DNA of 64,000 nt from a virus. Lineage: Duplodnaviria; Heunggongvirae; Uroviricota; Caudoviricetes. A program made the translations under genes and the position numbers. The stretch's first letter is position 1; the number at the start of each line of letters is the position of its first letter. Below are positions 8,382 to 17,400 of the stretch, in pieces. The stretch spans positions 23,167 to 87,166 of the IMG/VR virus record IMGVR_UViG_3300027908_000001; one strand, 5' to 3'. The notes beneath the pieces are model-generated. The model made no database searches and was not told the origin of the DNA. It saw nothing but the letters and a program-made list of their open reading frames with translations.

Positions 8382-11300
8382 GCTTCCTTGGTCAGCGGTA
8401 TCTCCGTATGCACTCCGGTCGGAGTGGAGAAATCAAGATGTGAAATGGGGATGGCCTTGCCTGCGAACCGGTCGTCTCCGACATACTTGTCCACGAACTC
8501 TGGTTTCAGATATGCAATCGTCATGTGGCCGATGTACTGGCCATCGAAATCGCTCTTGTACGGCAACCGTTTCAGGCGCTTGTTCATCCGGGTCAGCGCG
8601 CCGCCGTAGACCGGGACGTACAGCACGCGGTACTCCTTGCCTTCGCGTTGCGGGAACGATGCAGTCCGGCCGCACACGATGGTGAATGGCTCAAACTTGT
8701 CGGTGATGGCGCGAACGTCGGCAGGGTCTTGCGTATCCAGTCCGTAGAGCACCGTGGCGTGGATGTCTGTCTCGCGTCCGAAGTCCGGTCCGTAACTGTC
8801 GTCCGCGGCTGGCTCCGTGTAAAGCTCGCTGTCCGGTATCGACTTCCCGTACTCCAGAAACGGCTTGGCATCCTCGGGCTCGACCATGGCCATGACGCAG
8901 GACGCCGATAGCTTGGTGGCGTCGCGCTTGGCGAGCGGGGTCGTCAAGTCGGTGTCCTTTCCGTGTAGCCTGTCCCAGAGATAATCCAACTCGAAATAGT
9001 CGTAGGCCGCGTGGTGGCCGCGTGAGCCGCGCCGTACCGCTTGTGCCGTGGTCTCGCCCGGCAGGCCGTGCGTGATTTGAAGCTGCTTGTTTGTCGGGTC
9101 GGGCTTCGTGAAGTCGTAGCCGCGTTTCTCGATGTCCAGCGCGTGCTCGATTTCGTGCCGTATGGTGGACAGTTGGCGCTCCTTGACCTTGCCCTGCCAT
9201 GGCTCTGGACGTGGCAGCCCGATGACGAATTGCAGCGGCTTATTGGTGGCCTTGTCGTACTGGACGGAAATCTCGCCGTGCCGCGTGGACGTATCATGCC
9301 AAACGAACTTCGTAGGAGTCTGGATGCCAAACTTCTTCACATAGAATGCAACCGCCTTAGCCGGGTCGGTTGTGCCGGTTTCCTCGGCCACCAACTTGTG
9401 AATCAATTCCGTGGTGCGCTCGTTAATTGGGTCGTTATCGAACTGCGTCTTGGTCATACCCGCGACCTTTATCGCCGCCGCCTGTACCTCTGGGTCTTGA
9501 AACTTCGGCGCAAACTCTCCCCTGTCATCCCTCGGATGCTCGTCCTCTTCCCATGCCTTGCTGATGTCCGGGCTGTCGGCGTGCGGTGTCGGGTTGAATA
9601 CGGACTTGATTTGCGAAGGGTGGAACGCTATCCACGTGTCGCCGGAGTGGCCCGGCTGCACTTCGTTGCGGCTCGTGTTCTGGTAATGGATGCCGTCGTA
9701 GCCCAGCTTCACCAAGATGTCTTTGGCTTTCGCGGTGTGACGGTCGAGCAAGCCGATGCCGTAATCCTTTGCGAACTCATCCCATGACTCCCAGTTCCCG
9801 TACTTACCGCCGCTGTTGTGGAATCCTTTGCCGGACTGCAACGCGTCCCAGACTTCGCCGTAGTGCTGAATCTTCGCCGGGTCGGTGCTGTTATACGTCA
9901 CGGCCTTGATGAACAGGTTCTTGTCCGCCGGGAACACGACTTTCTCCACCGCGCGCGTGATGGCGTTCTGGTCGAACCCGGTATCTTCCGTGCCGACGTT
10001 CAGCGGGTGCTTGATGCTCAAGTAAACCGGGTACACCGCGCCACCGGGGATGAGCATCCGCACGCTGTAGTCCGGACCGAGCCGGTCGCGCATGCCCCAT
10101 GTGCTGCCGTGTTTGTTCACGTCGTAGGGCTCGACGGCGATGTCGTGGAGGTCTTTGTCTTGCTTGACCAATACCGGCAGACCGTCGTACTTGATTTCTC
10201 CATCCTTGCCCCGGTACCACGATTCGTCCGGATGATATTCGTTGACATGGAAATCTTGGGCGTAGGCGTACTCGCCTGCCGTAAACGCGTTCGGGACAGA
10301 TGGGTCGACGGCGAAGTGGGAGCCGACCTGCGTGTTGAAAAGTGATACGTTGTCCGTCGCGTCGGTCTTGAACTCGCTGAATGCCGCCCGGCTGCCGTGA
10401 TATACAACCAAGGGTTTCCCGTCCGGCGTCACGACCTTCGAGTCCCCGAACCATTGCTTGAATTCGGGCGTATTGGTCAAGTCACGCTTGACCTGCTGGC
10501 CCGGTTCCAAACTGTCGGAGCTTGTTGATATGTCCCGACCTTTCGCATCACCGGCTGCAAACCTTCCCCGCGCATCATGGTTGGGATTCGCCTTCCCCAC
10601 ATCTTCCGCCTCGCCGGTATCCAGCACTTCACCGCCGTCATCGCTCTGGGCGGCTGAGGCTTTTTCTTCGGCCAAGGTGGGCCAAGGATTTCTCGCCAAG
10701 TCTGGGTCTGTAAAGACATTTGTTGGCGGCTCCGTCTCAACCTCTTCATCCGGGCCAAGCTCGTATACGGCCTCCACGGCACAACGACAGTTCTTGACTA
10801 GGAAGCTCTCACACTGGTATAAATGGTACTGTGAAGCTTGGAAATCATACACATGGGTGCTCACCGAAAAATTCCTAATCTTGCTGATTTTGGCAGGCGC
10901 TATGAAGCTGGCGAACCTACCACAAAACTCGCTCGCGCGGCGGGTGTCACCAAGAGAACAATGAACATCCGTCTCCGAAGCATTGGAGTGCGAATCCGCA
11001 CCCCCAGTGAAGCGCAGCTTTTGAAGAATGTCCAATGGGGTCCGCGGAAGCGCCAAAGGATTACCGCTGCTGCTCACGCCGCCAATACCGGCAGAAAGCG
11101 AAGACACATTGAACTTGTCCATATTGCCCAAGGCCGAGAGCGCAACCAAACCCATATCTCCTATATTGAGGCTCCGCTTGCTGCCAGATTGCGGGATGCT
11201 GGCCTTGCGGTTACGCAACAAAAGGCGATTGACAAGTACAATATTGACATCGCTATTGAAGAACCGCGCATCGCCATAGAAATCTGTGGCGGCCAAGGTG

Positions 11301-13180
11301 CCATTTGGAATCGTTACCGCACCTTTTACAGCAAGCGCCTCAAATATATCCTCGACAGCGGTTGGGCCGTTGTAATGGTCTATACCATAGCCGCCCGCCA
11401 TCCCCTCACTGTCGGTTGTGACCAATACATATTCGCCCTCATTGAGCGACTTCGCCTGTCTGTAGCCGGTAGGCGTGAGTACCATGTGATTCGCGGTACA
11501 GGAAAGCCTACGCCCATTAGCAAGATGTATTTCAACCGCAGGCCCGACATAGAATACCTTGGATGCTGCGACGAGGTCTGGAATAATCGCCTTATTGCTT
11601 GGGAGGATGCAATTCGGATGGGCCGGAAACGCGTCTTGGATGTCTGAGATTGCCCAAACTCTTCCGTCGAAGCCATCGCAAATCGGGCATTCGTCAGGAG
11701 TACCAAGCCAGCGAGCCAAGGAAATTCCGTCATTTTGGTATGATGCCAATGCAGCCCGCACTTGTCCTCGCGCAAATTCGGTGCGGGCAATTCTGTCAGA
11801 CTCATACCCGGTCAAATCCTGAAATCGGTCATTGATAATTCCGCCCATTTCCTTGGTGGGAATACCGTCGCTCAATCCATCCACGAGCAAGTCCTTTATC
11901 GAGCTATCAATTCTCGAAAGCGTGCTCTCCGAAAACTTCATCGCATACTCTTGCAGCGCATCTTCCAGCGGCTCTTTGACGGCGGAGGCCAGCGTGTCCT
12001 CGTCTATCTCCAATTCATCGGCGGCGATGGCGATGCCGTCGTCCACCCCGGCCGATTGCGTAATCATCAGCGCGTCGGCCAGTTCGGCAATCGCATCTTC
12101 ACCGGCATCCGGGAAAGCGTCCTGCAGGATGGCTTCGATGTCGAACTCGAATTCTTCCGGGTCGGGTAGGTCATCGTCGTCGGGGTCGTCTTTGGCTATG
12201 CGCGTGAAGGTTTTCCAGACGCGGGCCAGTAGGGACTTGGTGATATCTTTCTCTTTGGGGTCGAACGTGCCGCGGTTGCCGATGGCGGATTTGACCTGCT
12301 CGGGGTCGAACGCCGCGTAGGTGGTAGCGAATCCACTCTTGCTATCCTCATAGAATATTGCGCCGTCGTATCCCAATTTCTTCAGCACACCAACAAATTC
12401 AGCGCCATCCTTGTCATCGAAAAACTCCCAGTAGTTGGAGGCGTTCCTGTAATAGGATGGATTCAGGCCAGCGCCCTTCAACTCATCAAGCGTGTCCTCA
12501 TCAAATCCATTGCGTAAATCCAGCGGGGACTTGATGTTCATGTAAACCGGCATGACGTTGGTGCCGGGTTCTTCAGGGTTAATATATTCCTGAGCGAACT
12601 TCGGATTCTCGGTCGCGAATATGGCACTGCGCTGAGTCTCGAAGTTACCAAAAAATCCGTAGTTATTGATGCTCTTCCTGCCGACTTCAAATGTGCTGAA
12701 ATCCCCCTTGGTTGCATGGAACAGTTCCAGTGGCTTGCCGTCTTTCATGACCACGGATACCGGCGGCAGACTCGGGTCGCGCTTGGACGACCATGCGTGC
12801 GGGTCTTGCCAGTCGCCGAACCAAGCTTTGAACTCTGGTGTTGTAGTCTGCGAAGCGAACTCACCGCCGCCGGTCGCGCCTTTCGGATTCCGTGGATGCT
12901 TGGATTCATCCCACGCCTTGGCAATCCGGCCGAGTAACGACTTCTTGACCGGCACCGGCGGATGCTTGGCGAGCGCTGCCAGTACGCGACCGCGCCACTT
13001 CGCGAACACTGCGGCGATGGCGGCCTTGCCAGCCTTTAGTCCGGGCTCATCTTCAAAATGCGGGGCGTCCTTGGCCTTGGAGATGCACGTCCGGCATCCA
13101 CACGCCGTCAGCGAGATGCGACATTCATGGACGGCGTCGAATAGTTCTTGGGCTTCGGCTTTGGAGAGTCGAACTGGCAC
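8378..13180 (-). CDS. polyvalent-type giant protein (1600 aa) containing a MuF/SPP1-gp7-like head-morphogenesis domain interrupted by an intein
   Basis: Track ORF with GTG start at 13180; MuF-like block RIARTEFARGQ...WLGTPDECPICDGFDGRVWAISDIQDAFPAHPN|C...N|CRCAVEAV; HPRNPKGATGGGEF, NPNHDARGRFA, EHPRDDRGEFA motifs; two copies of the TPEFK(A/Q)WFGD...(Y/F)H(G/A)(S/T) and (S/N)IK(H/S)PL...GYDG(A/I)...Q(I/V)KS(A/V) modules. Confidence 0.7.
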   Translation of the reverse strand: MPVRLSKAEAQELFDAVHECRISLTACGCRTCISKAKDAPHFEDEPGLKAGKAAIAAVFAKWRGRVLAALAKHPPVPVKKSLLGRIAKAWDESKHPRNPKGATGGGEFASQTTTPEFKAWFGDWQDPHAWSSKRDPSLPPVSVVMKDGKPLELFHATKGDFSTFEVGRKSINNYGFFGNFETQRSAIFATENPKFAQEYINPEEPGTNVMPVYMNIKSPLDLRNGFDEDTLDELKGAGLNPSYYRNASNYWEFFDDKDGAEFVGVLKKLGYDGAIFYEDSKSGFATTYAAFDPEQVKSAIGNRGTFDPKEKDITKSLLARVWKTFTRIAKDDPDDDDLPDPEEFEFDIEAILQDAFPDAGEDAIAELADALMITQSAGVDDGIAIAADELEIDEDTLASAVKEPLEDALQEYAMKFSESTLSRIDSSIKDLLVDGLSDGIPTKEMGGIINDRFQDLTGYESDRIARTEFARGQVRAALASYQNDGISLARWLGTPDECPICDGFDGRVWAISDIQDAFPAHPNCILPSNKAIIPDLVAASKVFYVGPAVEIHLANGRRLSCTANHMVLTPTGYRQAKSLNEGEYVLVTTDSEGMAGGYGIDHYNGPTAVEDIFEALAVKGAVTIPNGTLAATDFYGDARFFNSDVNIVLVNRLLLRNRKASIPQSGSKRSLNIGDMGLVALSALGNMDKFNVSSLSAGIGGVSSSGNPLALPRTPLDILQKLRFTGGADSHSNASETDVHCSLGDTRRASEFCGRFASFIAPAKISKIRNFSVSTHVYDFQASQYHLYQCESFLVKNCRCAVEAVYELGPDEEVETEPPTNVFTDPDLARNPWPTLAEEKASAAQSDDGGEVLDTGEAEDVGKANPNHDARGRFAAGDAKGRDISTSSDSLEPGQQVKRDLTNTPEFKQWFGDSKVVTPDGKPLVVYHGSRAAFSEFKTDATDNVSLFNTQVGSHFAVDPSVPNAFTAGEYAYAQDFHVNEYHPDESWYRGKDGEIKYDGLPVLVKQDKDLHDIAVEPYDVNKHGSTWGMRDRLGPDYSVRMLIPGGAVYPVYLSIKHPLNVGTEDTGFDQNAITRAVEKVVFPADKNLFIKAVTYNSTDPAKIQHYGEVWDALQSGKGFHNSGGKYGNWESWDEFAKDYGIGLLDRHTAKAKDILVKLGYDGIHYQNTSRNEVQPGHSGDTWIAFHPSQIKSVFNPTPHADSPDISKAWEEDEHPRDDRGEFAPKFQDPEVQAAAIKVAGMTKTQFDNDPINERTTELIHKLVAEETGTTDPAKAVAFYVKKFGIQTPTKFVWHDTSTRHGEISVQYDKATNKPLQFVIGLPRPEPWQGKVKERQLSTIRHEIEHALDIEKRGYDFTKPDPTNKQLQITHGLPGETTAQAVRRGSRGHHAAYDYFELDYLWDRLHGKDTDLTTPLAKRDATKLSASCVMAMVEPEDAKPFLEYGKSIPDSELYTEPAADDSYGPDFGRETDIHATVLYGLDTQDPADVRAITDKFEPFTIVCGRTASFPQREGKEYRVLYVPVYGGALTRMNKRLKRLPYKSDFDGQYIGHMTIAYLKPEFVDKYVGDDRFAGKAIPISHLDFSTPTGVHTEIPLTKEA
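10790..11611 (-). other. Hint-domain intein (274 aa) inserted in the MuF HPNCRC motif
   Basis: N-extein ends ...FPAHPN, intein begins C(11611..11609)ILPSNK..., block-B-like GRRLSCTANHMVLT, C-terminal block HVYDFQASQYHLYQCESFLVKN(10792..10790) followed by extein Cys (10789..10787) RCAVEAV; removal regenerates HPNCRC, the canonical MuF motif. Confidence 0.5.
10838..11647 (+). CDS. HTH + DUF559/Vsr-like PD-(D/E)xK endonuclease-domain protein, encoded antisense inside the intein
   Basis: Track ORF (TTG at 10838; first ATG at 10853); HTH-like TTKLARAAGVTKRTMNIRLRSIGV; DUF559-like block YNIDIAIEEPRIAIEICGGQGAIWNRYRTFYSKRLKYILDSGWAVVMVY (cf. family pattern D-x-a...vvEiDGgqH...D..R...L...GW.VlRf). 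Confidence 0.45.
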   Translation: MEIIHMGAHRKIPNLADFGRRYEAGEPTTKLARAAGVTKRTMNIRLRSIGVRIRTPSEAQLLKNVQWGPRKRQRITAAAHAANTGRKRRHIELVHIAQGRERNQTHISYIEAPLAARLRDAGLAVTQQKAIDKYNIDIAIEEPRIAIEICGGQGAIWNRYRTFYSKRLKYILDSGWAVVMVYTIAARHPLTVGCDQYIFALIERLRLSVAGRREYHVIRGTGKPTPISKMYFNRRPDIEYLGCCDEVWNNRLIAWEDAIRMGRKRVLDV

Positions 13181-13194
13181 TTGTGGCCTGCACT

Positions 13195-13860
13195 TTACGG
13201 CTCTTTGTGGTAGGAATCAATCTGTTCTTGGTCGGATTTGGAAACGCCGTTCAGGGACGCTTGGAATCGAGCGTCAAGGTCGTCCTTCATCTTTTGCGGC
13301 AAAGTCGAATAAGAGTCCTCAGTGTGCCCCTGCCGCGCCAAGAACGATGTCCTTGCGTCGTTACTATCGATGGGGGCCACGCCGCCGCGCCGCTCGCTGC
13401 CATGACCGCCTGCATCTTTGGCCTTACCCAAAAACTCGCTGGCCGTCTTGCGCACCGGCGACGGTTTGTCAATGACCTCGGCCCACTTCGATTGCCAGTC
13501 ATCGAACGACTTACGGACCCGGCCTGATATGCCGAGACACTTGGTTGCGGTGCTGTGGAGCGTTGAACCCAACTGGAAACCCGCGTCGGATTTCAGGAAC
13601 TCGACGGCCTTGGATTCGGTAATGCCACTCTTAATGAGACTTGACACTACCAAATCATCGTAACGCGCGTCCCTGACGGCCTTGAAGAACCCTCCACCGG
13701 CTTCGGCACGTAGGCGCTTGGCGAGGTTCTGGGATTCAAAGTGACGGTGGACGGGCGTCGGCAGCCTAGGCGCGGGCGCACCCGACACCTTGGCGACCGG
13801 CTCGAACGTCGTCTTGAGGTTGTCAAAAGATTTGAATATGCCGCTGAATTTCCCGCTCAT
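13195..13860 (-). CDS. hypothetical virion-associated protein (221 aa) with KAKDAGGHGSERRG motif
   Basis: Track ORF, ATG at 13860, TAA at 13195..13197; shares KAKDAxGHGSxxRG motif with 14451..17699 and 19745..20458. Confidence 0.45.
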   Translation of the reverse strand: MSGKFSGIFKSFDNLKTTFEPVAKVSGAPAPRLPTPVHRHFESQNLAKRLRAEAGGGFFKAVRDARYDDLVVSSLIKSGITESKAVEFLKSDAGFQLGSTLHSTATKCLGISGRVRKSFDDWQSKWAEVIDKPSPVRKTASEFLGKAKDAGGHGSERRGGVAPIDSNDARTSFLARQGHTEDSYSTLPQKMKDDLDARFQASLNGVSKSDQEQIDSYHKEP

Positions 13861-13862
13861 AG

Positions 13863-14141
13863 TTATTTCCTTGTCAAATCAAACGGCAATAGTACCGTGT
13901 CGGCTATAGCGCTGAACGGCATGTCCAGCAGGATTATCGGCGTTAGAAAAATCCTGTCAGCGGTATCCTCGCCATTGTGCGGCGACCATGTGTCGTGAAC
14001 GAATTCCGCGTCCAGCCTCACGCCCGCATAAACGCCGGTCTGGTATGGAGCTTTGCCGGAATCGTCCGTCAGGTCGGTGTGAGCCAAGAACGTGCCGCAG
14101 CCGGTCATGGCCAGCAGCAATATGGAAACCAACACCCTCAT
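13863..14141 (-). CDS. putative lipoprotein (~92 aa; track ORF 13863..14342 trimmed to Met MRVLVSILLLAMTGC)
   Basis: Signal peptide plus lipobox-like AMTGC; start trimmed to minimise overlap with upstream gene. Confidence 0.35.
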   Translation of the reverse strand: MRVLVSILLLAMTGCGTFLAHTDLTDDSGKAPYQTGVYAGVRLDAEFVHDTWSPHNGEDTADRIFLTPIILLDMPFSAIADTVLLPFDLTRK

Positions 14142-14449
14142 TTGCGTTTCTTCCACGCGGGCTGCTCGGCTTGCGGTTCGGAATGCCCGACCGTTACATT
14201 CTCTTCGTTGGATGTTTGGTCGCCTCCCCAGACGCGATATGTATGCGTGCCTTCGGATACCGTGGAGTCCACGAAACTGCTCTTGACCGAGGACAACACG
14301 AAGCTGTTGGCGTTCCCGGCAGTCGTGGCCACGTTGCGCCAAACGTTGCCGACCTTCTCATCGATATGCCAGCCCGATGGCGTGAAGTCGGCCTTCCAGT
14401 TCAGCGCTACCTGACCGGGTTGCGTGGATGCCGCTGTGAGTGTTATCAT
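14138..14449 (-). CDS. small Ig/FN3-like beta-sandwich protein (~104 aa; trimmed from track ORF 14138..14596)
   Basis: MITLTAASTQPGQVALNWKADF...SFVLSSVKSS...THTYRVWGGDQ pattern resembles FN3/Ig-like; ATG abuts stop of 1082-aa gene. Confidence 0.3.
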   Translation of the reverse strand: MITLTAASTQPGQVALNWKADFTPSGWHIDEKVGNVWRNVATTAGNANSFVLSSVKSSFVDSTVSEGTHTYRVWGGDQTSNEENVTVGHSEPQAEQPAWKKRK

Positions 14450-14450
14450 G

Positions 14451-17400
14451 TTAGACTTGGCCGCCGGATTTGACGATGTTCTGCATGCGACCGAGTAGGC
14501 CAGCCGGTTTTTGGCCTGACTTGGATACCGAATTATCCGGGCCGGTCTCGTGGGCATAATAAACCCCTTTGTCGGTAGAAACCATTGCCATGCCAAGCCT
14601 GTTATTTTCGTGGCCGATTACGGTTGCTGGTCCGGAGTAGCTATCATGGTCGTTTACACTCACTTTGGTGCCGACAGGATATTTATTCCGTAATGCGTCC
14701 AGAGCACTAGCGGCTCGCGCACGCCTTTCCGAGCCATGTCCACCCGCATCCTTGGCCTTCGCAAACGCCGCAATGACAGCCATCGGGTCCGAATCATCGA
14801 CCGGTCCGGTCGTCTCGTTGTCCAGATTATCCCCGGCTTCCCATCCGCAGGCCGAGCATACAAACACTCCGCCTACGCCGTTGTCCGTGTGGTCCATCGT
14901 GCCGCCGCAGTTCGGGCATACGACCTTGTCGGCTTGGCCGGTCGATACGTTGACCGCACCGGTGTTGCCGGAGAAGGTCTTGGCCAGTTCGAGCGCCTTC
15001 TCCACTTCGTGCGAGTCGTCGGCCTTTTCAACGAATGCTGAAATGGCATCGGAATCTGAAACTGTCTTACCGACGTGCTGCGCTATGCTACCGGCAATGC
15101 GTTTGGCGGAATCTTCGGAGTATCCCTTGGCCTGCATGTACTTCACCGCGTTGTCGAACCGTTCGCCGGTCCCGGCTTCACCTTTGAAGTGGCCGCCTTC
15201 CGTGTACTTCGATTCGGCGTCGTCGGACTTAACAACCACTGCATCCTTCGCCTTCGCCACGTGCGCCGCGCTCGTTAATTCCAGTGCCTTGCCGATGGCG
15301 ACTGGCTTGCCGCTCCGGCTCTTGTACAGGTCGAAATCGAAATCATCCGTGTCATCCCAGTCCGCGCTCTGGCCCAATTGCGCGCAGATGTCCTTGGCTT
15401 CGTAGGGGTCCATGGACTGGTCGGTAACGAGGCTGCTCATGCAGTCGTCCATGCTGGAGAATTCGCTGGCGTCGGCGTCCTTGCGAACCACGACCGGCTT
15501 TGACGCCTTGGTCAGGCCGACTAATGCGCCCATGAATTTCAGTGTCTTGCCGATGACCCGTTGCCCCGCCGTCTCGTGCGTGGGCGTGACGGCTTCCATT
15601 TCCTGCTTGGTGCGTTCCATAATTTCTTGATTCCTCTCCGCTTCGGTCGGGCGCTGGTCTACCTTGATGACAATTCTTTCGGATTGAAGTTTTTTGATTG
15701 CCCGGTTTATCGTGGCGATGTCTTTGGGCACGCTCATGCCGCTATCCCGTAGACCCTCAAGCGCCTTTATTTGTGCATCGGTTCCGGGTGCTCTATTTGC
15801 CGCCCAAGTAATGGCGGTGCCGACTGTCATACGGCTTTGCTTTTCTTCCTCGGATTCTTCCCCGCGCTTATTCGACCCGTGCCCAAGAGCATCCTTAGCC
15901 TTGCTCACGTCATCGTCATCCACGCTGTCCATATCGTAGGCTTCGTCGTTGCTCTCTCCGCAGGCCGGACAGACTGCCGCGCCGCCGCTGACCTTCGCGT
16001 CGGACATCGATGCGCCGCAGTTCTTGCACTTCCATGCCTTCTGGACCGGGGCAGTCGGAGCCGCCGGTTGCGTGGCCTTCCCACCTCCGCCGCCGGACGT
16101 ATCGCCCGTGTCGTCATCCCATTCTTCCATGTCGGAGGTCTTGCCGCAGGAGCCGCACTTCAGCGCGTCGCCTTGGAATTGCACTTTGTCCGGCATCTGG
16201 CCGCACGCCGGGCAGTTCGATATGGATTTACCAATTTGCACGTCACCCATGGTAACGCGGCTGCCATCGGACTTGTGAATCACGACTGCCACCACGATAC
16301 CATCGGCATTCGCCACCTCGGTTCGCATTGCCTTCTCCACGCTCTTGTCCGCGCCCGGCCAGCGACCAAGGTACTTTTTGTGAAGGGCAGCACATAAAGC
16401 GTTCGGGTCAGATACGCCACTCATCGGCGCTATTTCTTTGACGCAATAGTTGAAAAATCCTCCATCATCCTCGCGCTCTTGGGCCGTCTTGTGCTCGCCG
16501 TCGGCCTTCTTGATGCCGCGCTCGGCGTTATACATGGCCTCGCCCTTCTGGTGCGCGGTCTGGAATTCGTCGCTCTCCAGTTCGTTACTCGCCATGTGAT
16601 GCTGAATCGCCGCCTCTTTGATTGCCGGTGCCGCCCACGCCCGCTGAGCCTCCATAGCCTTGTAGTGGTCGTTGTTGACGCTTTGAACCCTGTCCAAGTA
16701 CCCGTTCCAATCCAGTTTGCCTGCCTCGGCGTCACGGTGGATACGGCCCATACTGTAATGCATGGCTGCTTCGGCTGAGTTGAAGTTGGCATGATGCGGG
16801 TCGTTGTTGGCGCGCGCTGCGAGCGCCGCCTGACCATAAGCCTTGCCTGCATCCTCGTTCGACCGGGCCGCTGCCGCATGCGCGCCGCGGTCGTCGAATC
16901 GTGGGCTGAGCGCTCGCGAGGTATCTTCGGTGGCAATGTTACCACGCGTAACCGCCAAAGCTGATAGCGCTTCGGACTTCTCGCCGAGCCGGTCGCCACG
17001 CTTATTGCTGCCATGGCCCTTGGCATCCTTCTCTTTAGAAACCTGCACGATGGCCTTGGCCAGCGCCGTGTCCTCATCCGTGACCCGGATTTTCAGCAGC
17101 TTCATGTTGTGCTTTTCCATCCGGTCGGCGCAGCTTGGGCAAATCTTCGCGATGATGGCTATCGGGACTCTCAGGACAATGCCTTCAGTAGCCCTAGCTT
17201 TGTTCACCGCGTCTTGAAGAAGAACAGCACGTGCGTGTTCATCCAAGTTCTTGAAAATATCGTCATCATCCCACAAGGCATCCTGACCGAGCTTGTCGCA
17301 AATGTCGGACGCTTCACCGTAATCGTGGCCGTTGTCCTGAATCATCGTGGTCATACATTGCTCGCGGTTCTCGAAGTCAGTGGGCTCGGCACCGTCGCTG

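Noticed and set aside
8378-13180. Possibility that the 1600-aa ORF is two genes split at the Hint region
   Set aside because: The reading frame is continuous, and the flanking sequence reconstitutes the MuF HPNCRC motif exactly when the Hint segment is removed, which argues for a single intein-containing gene rather than two genes.
14665-15405. 246-aa plus-strand ORF and other long plus-strand ORFs (15771..16397, 23634..24599, 31114..31881, 55633..56403, 56504..57289)
   Set aside because: Each lies antisense to a longer, motif-bearing minus-strand gene (zinc-ribbon protein, GT2, SAM-MTase/SPFH, portal, terminase-adjacent genes) and has low-complexity Ser/Ala/Arg-rich translations; no recognisable domains.
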